Program-made: the position numbers and the translations under genes
Notes under the pieces: model-generated
What the model saw: the letters and a program-made list of their open reading frames with translations, nothing else
Database searches by the model: none
Told to the model about the DNA's origin: nothing
Assembly (NCBI GenBank): GCA_019828565.1
Contig: JAHDYR010000050.1
Span: 58,512-122,511 of the forward strand
Reading direction: 5' to 3'
Source of the DNA: Carpediemonas membranifera BICM
Lineage: Eukaryota; Protista; Fornicata
Length of the DNA stretch: 64,000 nucleotides
Part shown: one piece after another, positions 23,261-36,118 of the stretch
Layout: every line of letters begins with the position of its first letter
Position numbering within the stretch: the first letter of the stretch is position 1

Positions 23261-24987
23261 GGGGACGACTTCCCCGGAGAGCCCTTAAGCAGCCGGTTGA
23301 GAGGTGCTGCGGCGTCGGCGAGATGGGGAATGTAATTCGACAAGTAGTTGAACTTGCCGAGGGATCGACGGAGTTCCGACGTGGTGGTCGGAGGAAAGAG
23401 GTCGCGGATGGCCTGGACTCGAGCGGGGGCAACGGATCTGCCCATCTCGTTAACGATGAAGCCGCACACCTCAACTCGGAGAGGCCGAGGGCACACTTGT
23501 CGGCCTTCAGTCTGACGTTGGCCGCCAGTAGATGATCGAAGAGATCCGTGATGGCGCTCTTGAACTCTTCCTCCGTGTGCGAGTAAGTGAAGATATCGTC
23601 GACGTAGGCTTTGGAGCTCTTGCAGTCTTCCAACACCTCGTCCATCGCTCTCTGGAACTTGGCCGGGGCATTCTTGAGCCCGAAGGGGGTACGAAGAAAC
23701 TCGTAATGACCGCCTGGGATAGTGAAGGCGGTGAGTGAGACGCTGTCGGGGTCCATACGTTGCTGCCAGTAGCCGCTTCGGAGGTCGAGCGTGCCGAAGA
23801 GTGAGCAGCCGCTTGCCTCATGGACGAAGGAGCGGATATCTGGTGTCGGGTAGCGATCGTCTTCGGTGGCTTCATTCAGAACGTTATACGCGACGCAGAA
23901 CCTGTCCTCACCGTTCTTCTTCTTCGCCATCACGTGTGGGGATGAGTACGGCGAGTCACTTGGGCGGATGACTTTTTGTTGGAGCATCTTGTCGATTTCA
24001 GCGGCGGCGCTGGACGCTTGGGAACCCTTAAGGGGGCGTGGTCTTGCCTTCGGGAGCCTGTGGTCGCCAGGCTTCAGGGTGATTTGTGTGGACGCAACTC
24101 GCTGCCGTCCTCTGGCAGCTCGCCGAAGAGCTCGCGGCGTTCGTATAGGAAGCCTTCGAGCCACTTAGTGAGGTCTGGATTGTCATCGTAAGGGATTCGG
24201 ACCTTCTTCCACTCGTTATCAACATCAATCTCATCTGTGCAGGAGTCGAGATACGGGTGTGGAGGCAGATTGTCGTTGTCGGAGATGGTGGCGGATGACG
24301 GGATCAGCAGTCTGTCGTTCAGTTGAAATGTCCGGTATGGGAAGTTGACGAAACCAACCGGAAAAAGGCCAAAAGCTGGCAATCGGGATTTATCGGATCT
24401 CATTGAAAGCTATTCGAGCTCGAAGCGAGCGACGGTGCCCCGCGGCGCCAGCATCCACCAAATGGTAATTTCAGGACCAAGAGTTCGTCTGCTCTGGGGC
24501 ACGAGAGCAGAAATGGGAAGTATTCTCCTAACCCACTAGCCATAGGGCACATTGGGGAAGCAAATTGCTCCCCGGAGGAGATCGCCCGTTGCGAAGCAGG
24601 TTAGCGCCAGAGCGGGCCGGCAGAGGACAACTGGCTGCTCCAGGTGAGGTGCGCACCACCTCACCTCGCGTTGACAGAATACACAGTACTCTAACAACAA
24701 ACAAAACCTACCGCCCATGCTCCTGGGACCCACAAGGGGACCAGACGCAACTAAACGCTCCTCGCACAAACCCACAAGGGAAATCAACGCGAACAAGCGT
24801 ACTGCGCCACCTTTATGATTGAAACCCCTACCGTAACCGGTACCTGCAGTAGGCCCCAGAGGCACTGCGACACGATTGCCTCAGACAACTTAACTGGGGC
24901 CATATGGCAAAGTAACCCGAGAGCACCGGGACCGGCGGCCAATAGGCTCTCACTGGGAGGCCACTGGGCCACACTACTCCGGCGCCC

Positions 24988-27900
24988 GTGCTCTCATGCC
25001 GCCCAAGACCGGGCTTGTGGACGTCATCGCCACGAGAGCCGGGATCGCCGCCCGCCGCCGGCATAGGCAACAGGGCCACCACAACAGGCCCCCAGTACAC
25101 CAGCCATACCGGACAACAGACCGGGAGCGCTGAGGGCCCCGTCCACAGCCCCACAAGAAACGCCCAGCCGAAGCCAAAAGGCATAAACCATCACGGTGTT
25201 TACCAGGACTCACAACCTCTTGGGAGTGACGCGACCCAGGAAGGAAACAACCGGGCTGCGACCACAAGATACAGGACGAGGGGCGTGAATGGCAACCAGC
25301 TGGTGCAGCCGGGCGTCTATGCGAGCACGAAGGCGCTTATAGACCCGCATTTGGCCCCTCAGCTCAGCGTCGAAACCCCGAGCCGACTTAGACTCGTGGG
25401 GACTCAGGTCCTCGTCACGGTAATTCTGAGCCAGGTAGGAAAAGGCAGCGGCACGCTCCCGCCACCGGCTGGCCAGGACGTCCACCTGGGCAAAATCGTC
25501 AGCTATGGTCCGCAGGAAATGCGCCTCCCAACCCCGAGGAGTCGCCGGGCCAGGAGTCGGGGACTCCCGAGAAGGAGCGGTGAAGCCCCTGCCGCCACAA
25601 GGCAAGGGACTACCCTGGGGCCCGGAGGGGAATATGGGATCCCCCGTCGGAGTGCGAAGAGGGCCCTGCTTCCCGGGAAAGAGGCGGCGCCCCCGAAATC
25701 GGAGTCCAGGCCGTACTCGGGCCAAGGACTCGATAGGGATCGGAGTGCATAACCCCTGGTAATGCACCTCCCCCTCTGGGGACCGCTGGGCAGCGGAGGC
25801 GCCGGCCGAATGGCCAGGAGGAGGCGTGAAGGTGGAAGGAGAGATGGAACGGACGCATGGGGGAATAAGGGACAGCAGCCCCGTGTGGGGCGATGCTCCC
25901 TGTCCCTGCAATAAGGTTCCCTTTTGGGTTTTCGCCAGACATGTTTTGTGTGGAAACAAGGTCCGCAACAAACCTCGCATACCTCGCCCCTGAACCATCC
26001 GCCCTGAGGAAGGGAAAGGAGCCATACAAGACCAGGACATCGCTGGCTGGCGCCCCTTGGAACCTCCACCAAACCTCCTCAAGCCCCTCCAAGAAGCTGG
26101 CAAAAGTGCACTTCCCGCCTTTTGCCACTCCAAATGGAAACAGGGGAATATCCCAACAGGGACATGCCAGATAGAGAAGAAAGCATGATTTATGGCTTAT
26201 TCGCCCTTAAGGCTGCACCCAGAAGGGATCTCAGGAAAACCAGAAGGGAAAAAGCAAATACGTCCATTATCCAGCTCGGCAACGCGATAGGATACGACAA
26301 GATTGTAGACCCAGAACAGGGAAGCTTTACAGCAAAGGAAGGCCCAGGGGAGCTCCGGAAAAGCCGGGCCAAGAAGCTGTTTGCATCACTTCCCCTCCTG
26401 AGACGGTACACAAAAGCCGCCCAACAGCCATACTGGCTATTCATTGAAGGGAACCGGCTGGACCTAGAGCAGGCGGAGACACTAAGCCGGCTTCGCCCAG
26501 GGTCCCCCAAATTTGTGTTCTACCCCAGAGTCCAGGCGGACTACTCCAAGTACGTAGCACATCCCCACCGGACGAGCCAGACGGCACCAGCTAGTGAGCA
26601 ACACACCCCATCACTTCTCCCCGTGGAGGAGGGCCTTGATCTCGGCCGAATCCATAACCGGGACTTTTTCGAGACCACGCCACACAATGACCTCGAACAG
26701 CTCCCAAAGCGTCCCAGACGCCTTGGATTGCGCAAACACCACCCCAAATGGGATCAAGGAGTCGTTAACGCCACTGGGCAAGCAACTGGCCACACCGGAC
26801 GAATGGGACTGCATCAGAGCCTCAGCAGATGCGGCTATTCCCACAAGGGACGTTGCCATGGTCTTCACCAGAGATGACGCAACGGACTTCACTGCCCGAA
26901 CGGGAAAGGTCGCAAGGACGCTCCTCCTAGAGCTCGTGGCAACATCGCTGCAAGCTGCAGGACATTCTTCGATCTCAGGCAACGGCATCCAGACCAAGTA
27001 CGGGATGGAGGCTGCAATGTGGCTCCTCCATGCCGCCGGACACGCCATCTCCGCGGGAGCTGCAGCCAGAGGGCTCCCCCTCACTAGGACGCGAAAACAA
27101 GAAGCTCTGGGCCGACCTAGGCCGGGAACTAACCAAAGGGCAAGGCTACCACGCCCCTCACCCCCCGGAGGAAAGGTTTCCGCAGACCAGACGGCACGCC
27201 CATCCAGATCTGGACCCAGGGCCCCGTCGAGGAGATCCTCATCTACAGCAGAACCGAGGGTGTGATGAGGCCAGTCTTCCCACCCCACCCCTGGAAGAAG
27301 AGCCTTCGGCAGCAGAGGCAGACCTGAGGGAGGAGGTCAGAGACCTCATCCAACGGTGGTCAGTCCCCGGCTTCCCCGAACTCTGGTCGGCATGGGATAA
27401 GACCAGGCGTCTCTGGCCCCCACCCGCGAGGATTGCCCGCGAACTGGTGTCTGCCTCCTTTCTGACGCGCAACATCACTAACTACTGGCTCACAACGGGG
27501 CAGACCCAAGTTATAGAGCCCGTACGGGACGGGGCATCTCATGGAGCCCTGGGTACTAACGAAGAAGAAACCCCCCTGGGCCCGAGCGGCAGCAGGACTT
27601 CCGGCCCTGATGACACACCCACCACGCCAAACAAGGGCACATGCGGGCCCAGCATGGGAAGCTAGCCCGCCTCGTTCCAATATCACCCAACGAGCCAACA
27701 CCACCAGGCAGTTGATCGCTATGGTGGACTTTGAGGAAGGAAGAGCCAGATCCAACCAAGGAGACGAGGCCATCATTTGCGAAGGGGCGGCACTGATTTT
27801 CGACCCAGCTAACGAGCAAATCCTCTACTACATGCACGGGATGCTTGGGGAAGACATCACAGTGGATGCCCTGGACCAATGTCTGTGGGCCACGCACTAC

Positions 27901-29923
27901 ATCCATGGCTGCCCACCAGCTACGTTTGTCGACGTCACCACGGGCAAAGCCCCCAAGGGATACGAAGCAGACTTCCCCCACGCCAAGCGATGGTGCACCG
28001 AGATGGCTACAGAGCTGAAGAGACTGGAAGACGACTCGGGGCCACAGAAGACCCACGTCCACATCGTGGCTAAGGGAGTCGAGGCTGAGAGAAGCATCCT
28101 GACCAGTGAGAAGTTCGTCCCAGACGGGAACCTCCGCACCTGGCTAAGCTTACGCCTCATGGATGAAACTGACCTCAACACGATCTTCCCCAACATCCTC
28201 GACACGCTGACCTGGTTCTACCCCAATAGTGGGGAGAAGAGCCTCACCGGCCTCCCCTCCCGACCCCAGTCCGAACTGGGCCGGACCTGGACCAGAAGGT
28301 ACCAACAGCGCCCGGAGGCAAAAGTGGTGTGCCCCTATCACAAGCACGCACCCCACCACTGCCACTGCGCCCTAGCAGATGTCTCCATATTCTACGCCAG
28401 ACTAGCAACAGCGTTCTGGATGAGAACAACCCAGGCTGGGACTGGGGGCAGGTAGAAGCCCACCTCACAGCCCTAGGAAGCATGCTCATGGGCGGGGAGT
28501 CGCCGTACCATGATGAATACAAGGACCTGGCGACCAAAGTCAACGCCAGACACGGCCTCGGCACCGTGGCGGCCGGTCGCCTAACCCCATTGTCCCAACA
28601 AGTCAACCTCTTTGGCACCAAGAACCCCAAACGGGGCCAGATTATCATGACCAACTGGGAGGAAAACGATTTCAGCTCCGGAAAGGGTATCACCAGAGCC
28701 CTGGAAGGAACAGCCGTGATCATCGGAAACCCAGAATCGCTCGCGAGAGTAGGCGAACCAGCGCGACCCATCCTCCTGGAAATCCACTCGGAGTGGAACG
28801 GGCGCCGCCGCGCTGTCCAAGACGGTTTCCCTTGGGCGAACCTGAGGGGGGAGCCCACGGAAATAGACGCGGAAAAGATGCTTACTCTAGACGTCAGCGA
28901 CACCAAAACGATGACCCTATCCCAAGCGGCGTCTTTGATGCCCGTCCACAAATTCGACATAGCTGGAGGCCACATGGGCAGAGAAGCCAGGAAGAAGATC
29001 TTCAACTACTTCACGGAGGTCCCAGCCGACGATCGAGAACTCCCTGGCCAACATGTGTGTCGACCCGGAGACAGGCTCCATCAACTTCCTCCCCTCGTTC
29101 CTCCCCCCGGGACTGGGGTATCACGGATGAACCAGCAGAAGAGGGAAGAGGCGAGTGGGCACCTTGAGGAGCGCCTCCTGGATAGGCAAACTCGCCCTGG
29201 CGAGGCTCAGGCGTGGAACACCCAAAAGGGGGGAAGCCATGGGACACGCTGAACTGTGTTTTCCCGGAAGGCGCCAGCACTAACGCCAAGAACAGACTGA
29301 GGACCGAGAGGAAGCAGGCGCTTCGAACAAAGGTGAGACGAAGGGCTACTGAACTCGCCAAGATGCTCCACAGGAGGACGGAGGTCTACCTGCCGAATGG
29401 CGGCATAGGGGGCCTATATGGCCCTCCACGCGAGCAAATTGTCACTGAACAACCGCAAAGTAGCAGGACAGAGCGAACAGAGCCCGGGCCCCCTCCAACT
29501 AAGAGCTGTGCCCCCCCATACCCCCAACCCATCAGCCAAGACCCGCCAGGTCAGACAGGTGGACCAAGAGGACCTGCAGCCCAAAAGAGCACGACAGGAG
29601 GACACCGACCTGGGCAGAGCATAGCGGCCCTGCTGGACCAAGCCATGGCCCGGCGAGAAGCAGAGGTCAGACAACAGCTGGAAGAAGCTGCAGCCAGAAC
29701 CATCAACGAGCTCAAGGCCAAAAGCCAGGAGCTGGAGGGAAGAACAGGGAAGCCCGGAGAGCAGCCCAAGCTGCGTTGGACGAGAATGCGGAAGGACCTC
29801 AGGGAAGACAACGGAGAAGTGCTCGTCTCTAACCGAAGAGAACGAGGACTTACTCAGCCGCGCGGCCCGACTCTCGGCAACCAACGAAGCCCTCAGCTTC
29901 ACCCTAGCAGCCAAGATGGATAA
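24988..29923 (+). pseudogene. LINE 5' coding region: chain of overlapping plus-strand ORFs, probably one or two long frameshifted genes
   Basis: ORFs 24988, 26122, 26594, 27030, 27541, 28329 and 29213 tile the region; coiled-coil-like C-terminus (LLDQAMARREAEVRQQLEE). Confidence 0.55.
27541..28455 (+). CDS. Maelstrom/arenavirus-nucleoprotein-type DEDDh exoribonuclease domain with ECHC zinc site
   Basis: MVDFE..IICE..YIHG..VAKGVEAE..CPYH..HCALADV: the D,E,E,H,D catalytic set plus E,C,H,C zinc ligands, in family order. Confidence 0.8.
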   Translation: MEPWVLTKKKPPWARAAAGLPALMTHPPRQTRAHAGPAWEASPPRSNITQRANTTRQLIAMVDFEEGRARSNQGDEAIICEGAALIFDPANEQILYYMHGMLGEDITVDALDQCLWATHYIHGCPPATFVDVTTGKAPKGYEADFPHAKRWCTEMATELKRLEDDSGPQKTHVHIVAKGVEAERSILTSEKFVPDGNLRTWLSLRLMDETDLNTIFPNILDTLTWFYPNSGEKSLTGLPSRPQSELGRTWTRRYQQRPEAKVVCPYHKHAPHHCHCALADVSIFYARLATAFWMRTTQAGTGGR

Positions 29924-30552
29924 CTTCAGGTCTGACCTGAGGAAGGGAAGAGAAGACGAGGAGAAGGAAGGAGAGTAGAAACAATCATAAGTAAGAGGTG
30001 CAGAGGGTAGTGTGATATAAGTCTGAGCTAAAAGTGTATATATGAACCAGCATGTATGGCCGGGCTGTGACTAGTAGGGCCTTAAAGTCCAAATGGACAC
30101 CGGCGAACCATTCCGGCGGGAGCAAAAATGCAACACATTCTTTTTCAGCAAACCCCTGTGCCCCACAGGGAGCCGGGGAGCAGGGTTACCAAAAGGTAAA
30201 AAGAGCCCTGCCTGTCCGGCAGGCTGTAACTCCAACCTTGGGAGGGGCAACAACCACTGTCGCTCCCACCTAAGCTCGTTAGGTAATGGTCCTGCCATGC
30301 GGCGAGGAAGGAAGCTAAGCGGAGACCGGCAGCAATGCCGACAAGCATCGTGAGGCCCCGACTGTGAAAGGGAATGGTATGCCCTAGGCCGGGAACTAAG
30401 GGAATACAGGCACAAGCCTGCCCAAAAGGAAACGACTGCTCGGTTAGAGGCCTCAGCAACCCACCAAAAGGTACGCCCAAAAAGGGAATGTCTACAAAGA
30501 GCAGATTAGTGCGCGCAGGGTAACTCCCGCAGTTTATGTCAGAACAACCTGA

Positions 30553-33500
30553 ATGAGAATAATATCGCTAAACAGCGAAGGGCACCTAGCGGGCGCAAAC
30601 GATTACAGCGGATCCATAGCTTTATCCATCCGCAAGAGGATAAGGACTGATGCGATCCTCCTCCAGGAAACCAAGCGGTACGGTAATACCACCATCCCTT
30701 GCTGGGTAGATCTCCAGTACGCCTGTGCGGGAGAGGTCAAGCCATTAGAGGCAACGCGCAAGCGACCCACAAAGGGACTGGCCACACTGATTAGCCCGCA
30801 CTCCAAAGCGGAATGGGACGTAGGCGTGTCCGACGGGACGAACCCACGAATCCAAGTAAGCATCCTCAAAGCATCGAGGGCCACGGCAGTCATCAATATC
30901 TACGCTCCCGATGGTGGATGTGCACGACCCGAGATTGAGGAGTTCGACCGGATGCTAGAGCAAACCGTCGCGAACTATGAGGGGTGTGACATCATCATCA
31001 TCGGGGACTGGAACGGGAGGCCAGGGGAAACTCAGGCAAGCAACTGCGATGACCCTCCAGCGATGGAACCTCACCCCAATAGCACCAACTGCACCGACGT
31101 ACGGGACTAACTCCCGAACGTCCACAATAGACTTATGCAGCGGTAACGGGGGGTATCCAAAACCCGGTTGTTGGGGTAATAGACAAGACCACAATCGGGC
31201 ACTGGGGGTCGGCACACAAAGCCATAGAGCTCACCTGGGATAGCAACCCGACAGGGAAACCAGAGATATCAAAGAGACTGGAAATCCCACGGATCGATGC
31301 GTGGCTGGTCAAACCCAGGAGAACAGGGCCCAAGCTAGAAGAGTGGCCACCACTAGACAGCAAAATACCAGTGGACGAGATGGAGACTCTCATAAGGAAA
31401 TGGTTGTCCACCGGGTTTGCTACCTCCAGAAGGCACCCATTCGCTGTAGAAAACCAGGAACGTATCCCTAGTGAGGGTATGGGAACGGCTGGCCAAAACC
31501 TCCACCTGGAGCAAAACCGCCGCCAAAGATATCAAAAAGTCCCTCAACGGAGCACTGAGCAGATCATGGAGGACCTTCCAACATGACTGGAATGAGCAGG
31601 TTGAGGTTGGATCCGTGATGGGTACAAAACGACAAAAGGATCCTCGCAAACCAAGTGTTCCGCTTCTGGAACGAGAAGCAGCACGCCGGTCTCCCGGTGA
31701 TGCTGAAGGCTGGAAACAAAGATTCTAGCAAGGCAGAGGGGAGATTGCAGACTCCCTCCAGGAGCAGTACGCGAAGGTAAGCTCCGGGAAGGAACCCACC
31801 TGGGAACCCACCTGGGAAACCGAGCCGGAAACGGACATGGAGGACCATCCGCCATCGCTTGAAGAAGTGACAGCGGCGGTCAAGTCCATAAGGAAGTCCT
31901 CGGCCGGAGGCTGGACGGGATTATTGGAGATTGTCTGAGGGACCTCCCCGAGTCAGCGTACGAGGCAATCACAGTCCTGCTCGCGAAAGTATACGACAGC
32001 GGGACCATGCCAACCACATGGAAGTATGCAGCGGTGTCGCCTATCCACAAGGTTGGGAAGGACAAGCTCACGCCCAGCTCGTACAGACCGATCTCCCTCA
32101 CCCCCCTCCTATACAGAGCCTACGGGAGGATACTGAAATGGCGCCTCAGGCCGACGGTGGAGAAGTTCATCCCCAGAGAGCAAGTTGGGTTCATGAAAGG
32201 GAAAACTGTAGTGGATCACATAGCCCTCCTAGCCCAACTCCACCAGTCCGGAAACCGTACCAGCGTCCTACTTGACATAGCAAAAGCATATGATACGGTC
32301 CCAAGGGACCTGCTGGTGAACAAGTTGACGCTCATGGGGGTACACCCAAGACTGACGAGGGCCATCCGAAATACACTTACAGAAACGTACATCTCGGTAC
32401 GAGGGGCAAGCACATGGTCCAGAACAAACATGGGGGTCAAGCAAGGATGTGTGGTGGCCCCCACTCTGTTCATTCTCTTCACAGCTAACTGGCTAAGCCA
32501 GGCGGCACTGTACCTCCGGCATAGAGATCCCGGACCCCTGCCTCCCTCCAACGGACGATAGGCCCAAAAACTGCCTCATTGCAATGTTTGTAGATGATAC
32601 AAGCATCTCAGCCGAGACCCCGCAGCTCGCCGAAGAAGGCACAGACGCAGTGGTCAGGGTAGTGAAGCCCATGGACTCCAGACCAGCCCAGGCAAAAGTG
32701 TGGTGATAAGTACCGACGTAACTGCAGCGGTCAGCATCCAAGGAACTCCCACACTGGCGTCAGACTCAGCAAGGTATCTGGGACTCTGGCTAGCCAGCGG
32801 GAAGAATCCGTTGGCAGCATGCATCAAAATGAAGACGTCACAATCCCGGAAATACCTAGCCCTGGCAAGAGAGAGCAGGGTGGACCAAAGGATCCACCCC
32901 GGCCGCCACCTCGGAATCCATCCTCAGAACCTTCCTCTGGCCCAAGATCGAGTTCGGGATCGAGATCTGGGGCCAAGCACTCAGGGGAAGAGCCATCTGG
33001 AACAACTGGCGCGGCCTAATGGCGAGCACAGGACCGGGGGGAGGAGGAGCCGCCCGTGTACTAATGGGATGGATGTGCTGGGAGGCAGATATGGGGCAGA
33101 GAGCGGTGAGGCTCTATGAGTCTGCGCACGACCCGGACCGTCCGACCCCCTAGGGAATCTGGACTGGGCGACAGCGGAGAGAGGATCGGTCTTACATCGC
33201 CTCTACCAATGGCGACGGAGCGTCCTCCAGGGCACACAGGAGGAGATGCCCGCCAGGGGAAAAGAGCAAAGAGGGGAGGCTGGACCCTCACAGCAGAAGA
33301 ACTACTGCACACCGGGAGCCGAACGGCCAAAGGGGTGGCAACAGTACTAGCCCCGGAAGTCATCCTCAGCATGCAGCAAGGGAAGAGACCCAAGAAACCA
33401 GGAATGATCAAGGGGTGAGATGATAACCAGACGGGAAGTCAAGAGAGTAATCATGACTGCATCCAACACACTCCCCTCCCCCCAGCAACAGTGGCAGAAG

Positions 33501-34090
33501 CAGAGCCATACTTGGGAGCGCGATCGGCCAGCCCCAGAGCCCTCCTGAGCAGGATCAAGCGGTGTTGCCCCCTATGTACCCTGGACTCAGAAGGTGACAC
33601 CATTACTCGCCTGTACACTGTCACCAGAACCGCGGCGGAAACCACCAAAATCCTCTCAGAATGGGCATACAACCAGCCCCTGGGAACACAAAGCCACATC
33701 ATCTGCCAATGCAAGGCGGTAGAACGCCCAGAAGGATGGAATGACATCCTGGCGGAGGCGCATCTACGCACACAGTACCACGCCCTAAGGCAAGGGCAGG
33801 AGGCGGAGTGGTACAACTCAAGGAGCAATCCTGGAAATGCTCTGGCTCCTCCGCAGCGAGGACCATACCGTCAGAGAGGGACTGCAGAACGGCAGACGTG
33901 CCCTTCTGAACCTCCGGAAAGACGGGTAAGTACACCATCCCAGAATCCTATGACCTCTGGGACCAGGGTCAAACTGGGACCCAACCCCCGCCTCAACCGA
34001 AGCGGAGCGCTCCTGGGATCAGCGGGGGACGCAAGCCCACGTATCCCGGTAGCACCCAGCCGCGGAAGGGGGACTCAACCCGAACACTAA
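30553..34090 (+). pseudogene. LINE ORF2: AP endonuclease, reverse transcriptase, C-terminal Cys/His knuckle (frameshifted)
   Basis: SLNSEG, LLQET, NIYAP, IGDWN; YRPISL, QVGF, LDIAKAYDTV, GVKQG, MFVDD (32584-32598), YLG; CPLC..HIICQC. Confidence 0.93.
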
Positions 34091-34968
34091 TCTCGCTAAC
34101 ACACAAACGCTCACCCATACTGGGAACGTAGACAACATTCAGCCGGCAGAACCGGCACACTCTTCACACGTATAAGAAATAACCCAGAGCCATGGGGCGG
34201 GGCACGTATGCACATGTATACACGTACGTGCGAGGTATCGGGGCGCAGCAGCCAAACAGGAGGGTAACCATAAGGCAACAATACCACCTGGGCGGCACCT
34301 GGACCAAATCAGAGCTGCGCCGAACGGCCCGGCACCCAAAACTTGGAACCAGCCGGAAGCTAGGAAGAAGCCCTATAGGGAACAAATCCTTGAGGAGGGG
34401 ATCCATGCCGGAACGGAAAGTGTGGAAGAGCCCGAACGCAGCCGTGAATCATATAGCTACCCAGCGATGATCGGTGGGTTTCATAACTGGCCCAATTGCG
34501 TGGTACGGCAAACGCCAAGCCCGAAACCGCTTCGGCGGGTGCCTGAAAAAATTGCAAACTGGGTCGAATGGTATGGAGAACATATCCCTGAGAGGAGCCC
34601 TGTAGGGGGGAAACCGAGCAGAAGGCCCCGGTGGCGGGTGTGCAGGGCAAGGCCTTGCGGGTGCCAGGCAGAACGGGGGCCCGAAGGACCCCCAAGAGTA
34701 AGACCTGGGTTATCCCGACTTTGGGGGTATCGGGCCAGCCAGTTGATAGGTCAACATGCAAGGGACTACCCAGCCTTACCAGCTGGACCCTGACGGTGAT
34801 GGTGCTAACGCCCCCAACGTAGTATCAGGCTCGCTCACGAAGGGAAGTCAACACGCTAAGGCGTTCCCGGGGACATGGGGTGGTGCAAACTGGTAATTCC
34901 CTGATTTACACAGGTGTACAGGATACGTTAAATTTCTTTCTTTCTTTCTTTCAGCAGTCTGTCGTTCA

Positions 34969-36118
34969 TGAGGTAGCCCAACCTTCTGAGGAGGTCGCGG
35001 CCGATCAGGACCTTTCGGCGTTTGGCGCGGATCACCATCAGCAATGCGGTGGCCTGCACGGTCTTGCCATCGATAGACGGGAGAGTGATGTCGACCTTTG
35101 CGGCCTTACCGATGGAGATGACCTCGTCGCCGGCGCCGAAGAGCTCGACTGAGGTGTCGATGAGCTGGTAATTCGGGACCTTCGCTAGTGCGGGCTCCGA
35201 GATGACTGAGACGCAGGCTCCGATATCGAACTTCGTCTTGATTTGGACACCGTTGATCGTGGCCGGGACGTTGATGGGGTCGTTGTCGATCTCAACAGCC
35301 CCCACCTCATAGACGTCACCTTCGTCCTCGGACTCGGCGTCATCTGAGGCGTTGTTGTCGACTTCATGGACGTCGCGCTGGCCGCGCGAGTTGCGAAGCT
35401 TTGAGGAGTCCCTCAGGAACATGTTGCCGGCCCGACGGTCGGACTGCGTACCGCTGGTCTGCTTCTGGTCGTTCTTCCGCGGCTGAGAGGAGCCGGAGGT
35501 GCCCTTGGACTGGTTGTCCTTCTGCCGTGCGAGGAACCTGCATGACTCTGTCGTATGGTTACTGTTCCACCCATGAGACTTGCACCACTTGTTGAAGTGC
35601 TGTGGGATGGCATACTTGTGCTTGTCTTTGAACTGGAGATAGGGATCGCTTGTATGGGGCAGTACTGTCGGCTTTTGCTTGCCAGGGGCGCGACGGCCGC
35701 TTTCTTTCTGGTCGGCGGGTTGGGATGTTACCGCGAACGCCCGCCACGGGACAATAACGCGTTCGTCGTGATCGACGTCGAGGTTCTCGAGGCGAGAAAG
35801 AAGATCGTCGATTGAGTCGGCTGGGTCCTCGATGATGTCCTCGTAAAGAGCCTCGGCGTCCTTGCTATAGCCCTTGAGGAAGATCGACCCCAGTAAGCGC
35901 TCGGTCGAGTTGTAGGTTAGTGCCTCGATGTCTGGGACGCATGGATCGTAAGCGTTGAGGATCCTACGTAGCTTGAAGACGGCGAGTCGGTGCTCGACGG
36001 CTGGGCCGAAGAATCTAAGGCCGGATGCCTTGTCGCGCACCATCTTCAGTCTCGATCCCATGTCGAGGGTCGGTAGGAGCGTATAAACGATGTAGGGGAT
36101 GATCGCCTTTGCCTCCAT
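34969..36118 (-). CDS. Element D Gag-protease, truncated by the LINE insertion
   Basis: CxxH-H-C knuckle, KFDIGA, VLIGRDLL. Confidence 0.85.

Larger units (their letters stand above)
24322..34950 (+). mobile_element. Non-LTR retrotransposon (APE-type LINE), ~10.6 kb, 18-bp TSD, (TTTC)n tail
   Basis: TCAGCAGTCTGTCGTTCA at 24304-24321 and 34951-34968; TTTC repeats 34933-34952; APE-RT ORF2. Confidence 0.93.
21351..36118 (-). mobile_element. Ty3/gypsy element D, interrupted by a LINE; 5' LTR not found
   Basis: gag-protease 34969-36118 (WCKSHGWNSNHTTESC, FDIGA) rejoins ..NDRLLIP at 24321. RT AYVDD 23223-24164; RNase H-IN-chromo 21419-23260; PPT 21399-21407; candidate 48-bp LTR 21351-21398. Confidence 0.9.

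Noticed and set aside
29980-30552. HDV-like ribozyme or IRES in the LINE spacer
   Set aside because: Plausible for LINEs, but I could not assemble the nested pseudoknot by eye; a covariance-model search is needed.
34192-34470. RNase H or SWIM domain at the LINE 3' end
   Set aside because: HVYTYVRG lacks the catalytic Asp, and the CTC motif has no properly spaced CxH.
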